Shown here in pieces: positions 37,980 through 40,639 of a stretch of 40,639 bases of DNA. The notes below the pieces were generated by a model. It was not told the DNA's origin. It was given only the letters and a program-made list of their open reading frames with translations, and made no database searches. Made by a program: the position numbers and the translations under genes. The DNA lies in IMG/VR virus record IMGVR_UViG_3300012923_000006, positions 1-40,639 of that record; one strand, 5' to 3'. The stretch is from a virus. Every line of letters begins with the position of its first letter. Position 1 is the stretch's first letter.

Positions 37980-38287
37980 ACGAGCAACTAGTCAACCGGA
38001 CTGCAGAGGGGCAGCTCCCCTACCCGCCTTTCCCGCTCAAGGGCCAGAACTGCCAGTGCCGCAAATGCGGGCTGCTGTTTCGGCGGACTTCGACCTTTGA
38101 TGCCCATAGGTACGGGCCTATGCGAGCTCGCCGCTGCCACACAAGCATAGATTTGGCAGGCAAGGGCTGGAGCCAGGATGCTAAGGGCTTTTGGCGCCGG
38201 CCAGGAAAACTATTCGTCCGTGACGATCGCCGGCAATGCACCTGCGGCTATGGCTGTCCGGCCTTTCAGGGGTGCCGCCATGACTGA
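37976..38287 (+). CDS. Zinc-finger-like phage protein (103 aa)
   Basis: CQCRKCGLLFRRTSTFDAHRYG...RRC resembles a C2H2-like phage family. ATGA overlap at the start. Confidence 0.55.
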   Translation: MNEQLVNRTAEGQLPYPPFPLKGQNCQCRKCGLLFRRTSTFDAHRYGPMRARRCHTSIDLAGKGWSQDAKGFWRRPGKLFVRDDRRQCTCGYGCPAFQGCRHD

Positions 38288-38513
38288 CCATCGGATCGAA
38301 GAGCAGGTCGATCCAAAGCGCGCCGCTGTGATCGTGCATATCGATGAAGCCCACGCGATGCTGGTGTCTATCGCCCATACGCTGCGCGCACTGGATGATT
38401 TCGATCATGCGCAGGACATGTCAGACGCCGCGTTGTACTGCCGCGCCGCACGTAACGATCTGCGATTGAGCCAAAACACACGAAAAAAGCCGGTCCGCAG
38501 GAGAGATGCATGA
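38280..38513 (+). CDS. Hypothetical protein (77 aa)
   Basis: ATG 38280 overlaps the upstream stop by 8 nt. Confidence 0.5.
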   Translation: MTDHRIEEQVDPKRAAVIVHIDEAHAMLVSIAHTLRALDDFDHAQDMSDAALYCRAARNDLRLSQNTRKKPVRRRDA

Positions 38514-38923
38514 CCGTTGCACGTACATCGGAAACTGAAGTCCACGACCCGTACAGTGTCGCCGTTCGCGATGTCTTGATCGAACGAACCCGCCAAGTCG
38601 TGTTGGAGGGCTGGACGCCTCAGCATGACGATCAGCACCGAGGCGGCGAGATGGCGAAGGCTGGGGCCTGTTACGCGCAGTGCGCCGGCATCGGAATTGC
38701 CATGGCCGCAGGAGTCGAAACTCATTACGAGTTTGTGGCCGAGTACGAGCGTGCCAGTTGCCCTCGCCCTCTGTGGCCTTGGGAGGCACGGTGGTGGAAA
38801 CCAAAGACCCCGCGCCGAGACCTGGTGCGAGCCGCCGCGCTCCTGATCGCAGAGATTGAGCGGCTCGATCGGCGCGCGAACTACGTGCCTGATTATGGCG
38901 ACGATTCGGAGATCGACACATGA
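38510..38923 (+). CDS. Conserved phage protein of unknown function (137 aa)
   Basis: EGWTPQHDDQH...WPWEARWWKPKTPRRDLVRAAALLIAEIERLDR is a pattern I recall from many phages, without an assigned function. Confidence 0.55.
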   Translation: MTVARTSETEVHDPYSVAVRDVLIERTRQVVLEGWTPQHDDQHRGGEMAKAGACYAQCAGIGIAMAAGVETHYEFVAEYERASCPRPLWPWEARWWKPKTPRRDLVRAAALLIAEIERLDRRANYVPDYGDDSEIDT

Positions 38924-39690
38924 GCGAGCTGAGTTCCTCAAAGACGTTGTGCAGTCCGCAACAGTTACGCTGCAACGCCGAGACTTGCGATGAGCTGAAA
39001 CAGGGGCCGTTCGCAAATGACTTCCGCTGGGCTGCCGACGAGATCGATCGACTTCGGGCGGCGCTGACTAGTATTAAGTCGATGGCTGCCTCCGCGCGCC
39101 AGACGATGATCGCCTCTAACATTCTGGAAACCGCCCGCAAGGCGTTGGCTGGAGCCGCTCCCGAGACGAGCGATGAGTCAGTGGGCTGCGGAAATTGCGC
39201 GGAGGCTCATCAGGTATTGAGCGCTGCAGGTATTGCCGACGGCGATCTGGCGGAAAAGATCGACGATCTTGTTTCGGAACGTGACTCCGCCGTGGAAGAG
39301 TTTGAGCGCTATAAGAAGGCGCTGCAGACAGCCAACGGTTTTCTGATCATGAACAATTTGGAGCGTGAAGCTGGAGTACGCTCAGAAAGCCAGCGAGGGA
39401 CAATCATGAGCGGTGATCACAATCGTAGTCGAATGCTCGTTTGGGCTGAAATTGATGGCGGCATTCAGGACGCTGTGCGGCAGTTGATGGAAATGCCGGG
39501 GGTGCTGACGCATACGAGTTGCCAGGGCGGCAACGGCGGCGGCCCATGCCCTGAATATCCGCCCTATGTCATGGTGACTTGGAAGGACGATATGGCGCGA
39601 GCGCGGATTGTTGAGCACTTCGATCTGACAGAAGAAGGGGACCACTGGGCTTATGCCCACCCGCGGCATTCTCTGAACGGGAACGTATGA
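38920..39690 (+). CDS. Hypothetical protein (256 aa)
   Basis: ATGA overlap at the start. Two-part architecture with a possible internal in-frame start at ATG 39406, preceded by GAGGGA. Confidence 0.6.
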   Translation: MSELSSSKTLCSPQQLRCNAETCDELKQGPFANDFRWAADEIDRLRAALTSIKSMAASARQTMIASNILETARKALAGAAPETSDESVGCGNCAEAHQVLSAAGIADGDLAEKIDDLVSERDSAVEEFERYKKALQTANGFLIMNNLEREAGVRSESQRGTIMSGDHNRSRMLVWAEIDGGIQDAVRQLMEMPGVLTHTSCQGGNGGGPCPEYPPYVMVTWKDDMARARIVEHFDLTEEGDHWAYAHPRHSLNGNV

Positions 39691-39923
39691 CACCTAACCA
39701 GATAATGCAGGAATGTCATTTCGACATGTGCGATGACTACAGGCGTGGCGAGCCCTACGCCCATGGGGCGCTGGATACGCTGCGCTACCTCGGGCAGATC
39801 GACGAAGAGCAGCATCGCCTGTGGGGATTGGCACTCAAAACTTGTCCCGGGCATAGGGACGGCGGCCGTGTCTGGTGCGCCTATTGCGGCAACCTACCAT
39901 CGGAGAGCGAGAACGCGCGCTAA
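39687..39923 (+). CDS. Hypothetical Cys/His-rich protein (78 aa)
   Basis: ATGA overlap at the start. CHFDMC...CPGH...CAYC pattern. Confidence 0.55.
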   Translation: MTPNQIMQECHFDMCDDYRRGEPYAHGALDTLRYLGQIDEEQHRLWGLALKTCPGHRDGGRVWCAYCGNLPSESENAR

Positions 39924-40114
39924 TGATAACGCGAGAAAACATGACACAGGAGCTTTGCAGCCATGTCTACCTAGCCTGCCGACGGGTTAGATCGGCTACC
40001 GAGTACCCACAGGGGAAAGGGACAAAAGATAAACAATTGCAATTGAGTATTGATACGCGGAGCGGGGTCGCCTTCGGGCCCCGACTCCATCAGGGCAAGA
40101 GCGAGCAACCATGA
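39923..40114 (+). CDS. Hypothetical protein (63 aa), uncertain
   Basis: TAATG junction upstream and ATGA overlap downstream. However, it has a mixed codon third-position bias and an AT-rich patch (40021-40056). Confidence 0.4.
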   Translation: MITRENMTQELCSHVYLACRRVRSATEYPQGKGTKDKQLQLSIDTRSGVAFGPRLHQGKSEQP

Positions 40115-40296
40115 TTGACTTCGAAGCGGACGCGATGCGCTGGCGGTTCTATCGCAAGCACTTCAGCCATCTAGTCATTGGTTTGCTCTCAAGCGAACGC
40201 AAGGGCGACAGCTTGGCCGATCTGAGTGAAGACCGCGCTGATGTCCTGATTGATCGAGCGATGCGAGACGCTCAACAGCACAACCAGCAACCATGA
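40111..40296 (+). CDS. Hypothetical protein (61 aa)
   Basis: ATGA overlap at the start. Confidence 0.55.
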   Translation: MIDFEADAMRWRFYRKHFSHLVIGLLSSERKGDSLADLSEDRADVLIDRAMRDAQQHNQQP

Positions 40297-40535
40297 AACT
40301 CACCCCTGAGCAACTTGGCTGGCTGAAGTGGCTGCACGAGAATGGCGGTCATGGCTGGCTCGACCAGTACGGGCGAGTCATTGCTAACGGCGCCAACTCG
40401 AAACAGGGCTCACAGGTCTCTTGGCTGAATCTGTTCGTGAAAGGCATGATCCACGCGGATACCAACCGGATAGTCCTGACTGACCTGGGCCGCATGAAGC
40501 TTGGACTATCGTCTACAGGAGCCGAGAATGGATAA
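40293..40535 (+). CDS. Hypothetical protein (80 aa)
   Basis: ATGA overlap at the start. Possibly winged-helix-like, which is a weak impression only. Confidence 0.55.
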   Translation: MKLTPEQLGWLKWLHENGGHGWLDQYGRVIANGANSKQGSQVSWLNLFVKGMIHADTNRIVLTDLGRMKLGLSSTGAENG

Positions 40536-40639
40536 AGACAGCCTGCAACGGTTCCTTCTGCCCTTCACCGAGGACATCGATGTCTACGTGGAGCTCGGCG
40601 GCATCCCATGCCGGATCGAGCGCGCCAGCTACATCAACA
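40522..40639. repeat. Terminal direct repeat, copy 2 (identical to 1-118)
   Basis: Same 118 bases as the window start. This is most simply the assembly overlap of a circular or circularly permuted genome. Confidence 0.95.
40528..40639 (+). CDS. 5' fragment of the gene annotated at 7-459 (duplicate caused by the terminal overlap)
   Basis: The sequence is identical to 7-118. It is not an independent gene. Confidence 0.9.
   Translation, partial: MDKDSLQRFLLPFTEDIDVYVELGGIPCRIERASYIN

Noticed and set aside
40021-40056. AT-rich patch with a tandem CAATTGCAATTG palindrome (40034-40045) as a possible promoter or origin.
   Set aside because: It lies inside an ORF that is coupled at both ends. I could not fit -35 and -10 hexamers with sensible spacing. 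It is noted only as a reason for lower confidence in CDS 39923-40114.
1-40639. Searched by eye for tRNA/tmRNA genes, rRNA fragments, CRISPR arrays, and IS elements or inverted terminal repeats.
   Set aside because: The intergenic space is tiny. The few gaps (4470-4559, 4941-5030, 30584-30763, 31341-31414 and 31877-32085) show no cloverleaf-compatible stems, spacer-repeat structure or transposase.

Overview
The window is one complete, GC-rich tailed-phage genome. Bases 1-118 are identical to 40522-40639, so the unique length is 40521 bp and the contig is circular or circularly permuted.

The virion module is podovirus-like: there is no tape measure, tail tube or sheath. The genome has two divergent arms that start at a lambda-like immunity region at about 31.3-32.1 kb.

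- **Minus arm (31340 down to 5031).** It runs in this order: an XRE/Cro-like regulator, an RHH-like protein and a 39-aa membrane peptide; an intrinsic terminator; lambda O-like and P-like replication genes; a lipoprotein, small zinc-ribbon proteins and nucleases (endonuclease VII, a PD-(D/E)xK-like protein); a GroES-like protein; small and large terminase; portal, scaffold and a P22-type coat; two paralogous small structural proteins; adaptor- and nozzle-like proteins; an inserted NUMOD4-HNH homing endonuclease; four internal or ejection proteins; two tail-fibre/tailspike paralogues; and a lysis cassette (small membrane protein, GH108 endolysin, GTA-type 3TM holin).
- **Plus arm (31415 through the circular junction to 4940).** It carries a CI-position HTH gene and a recombination module: an ERF annealase, an inserted HNH-AP2 homing endonuclease, a YqaJ exonuclease, a DUF1367-like protein and a Ref-like nuclease. 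It also has an RNA ligase, many small Cys-rich ORFs of unknown function, an orphan resolvase-type HTH and a DUF3653-like gene.

Genes are packed almost throughout with 4-nt ATGA or GTGA start/stop overlaps. I used this to refine starts and to recover several ORFs below the 60-aa cutoff of the ORF track.

I recognise no integrase, transposase, protelomerase, partition gene, tRNA or CRISPR array.

The most interesting observations are:
- a duplicated bipartite element that brackets the CI-position gene;
- a densely repeated junction at 4470-5033, where lambda synteny would place attP and int;
- two plus-strand small ORFs embedded antisense in the late operon next to the fibre genes;
- two seamlessly inserted homing endonucleases;
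- a heptanucleotide repeat inside the replication initiator gene.

All functional calls come from motif recognition by eye. No database search was run.
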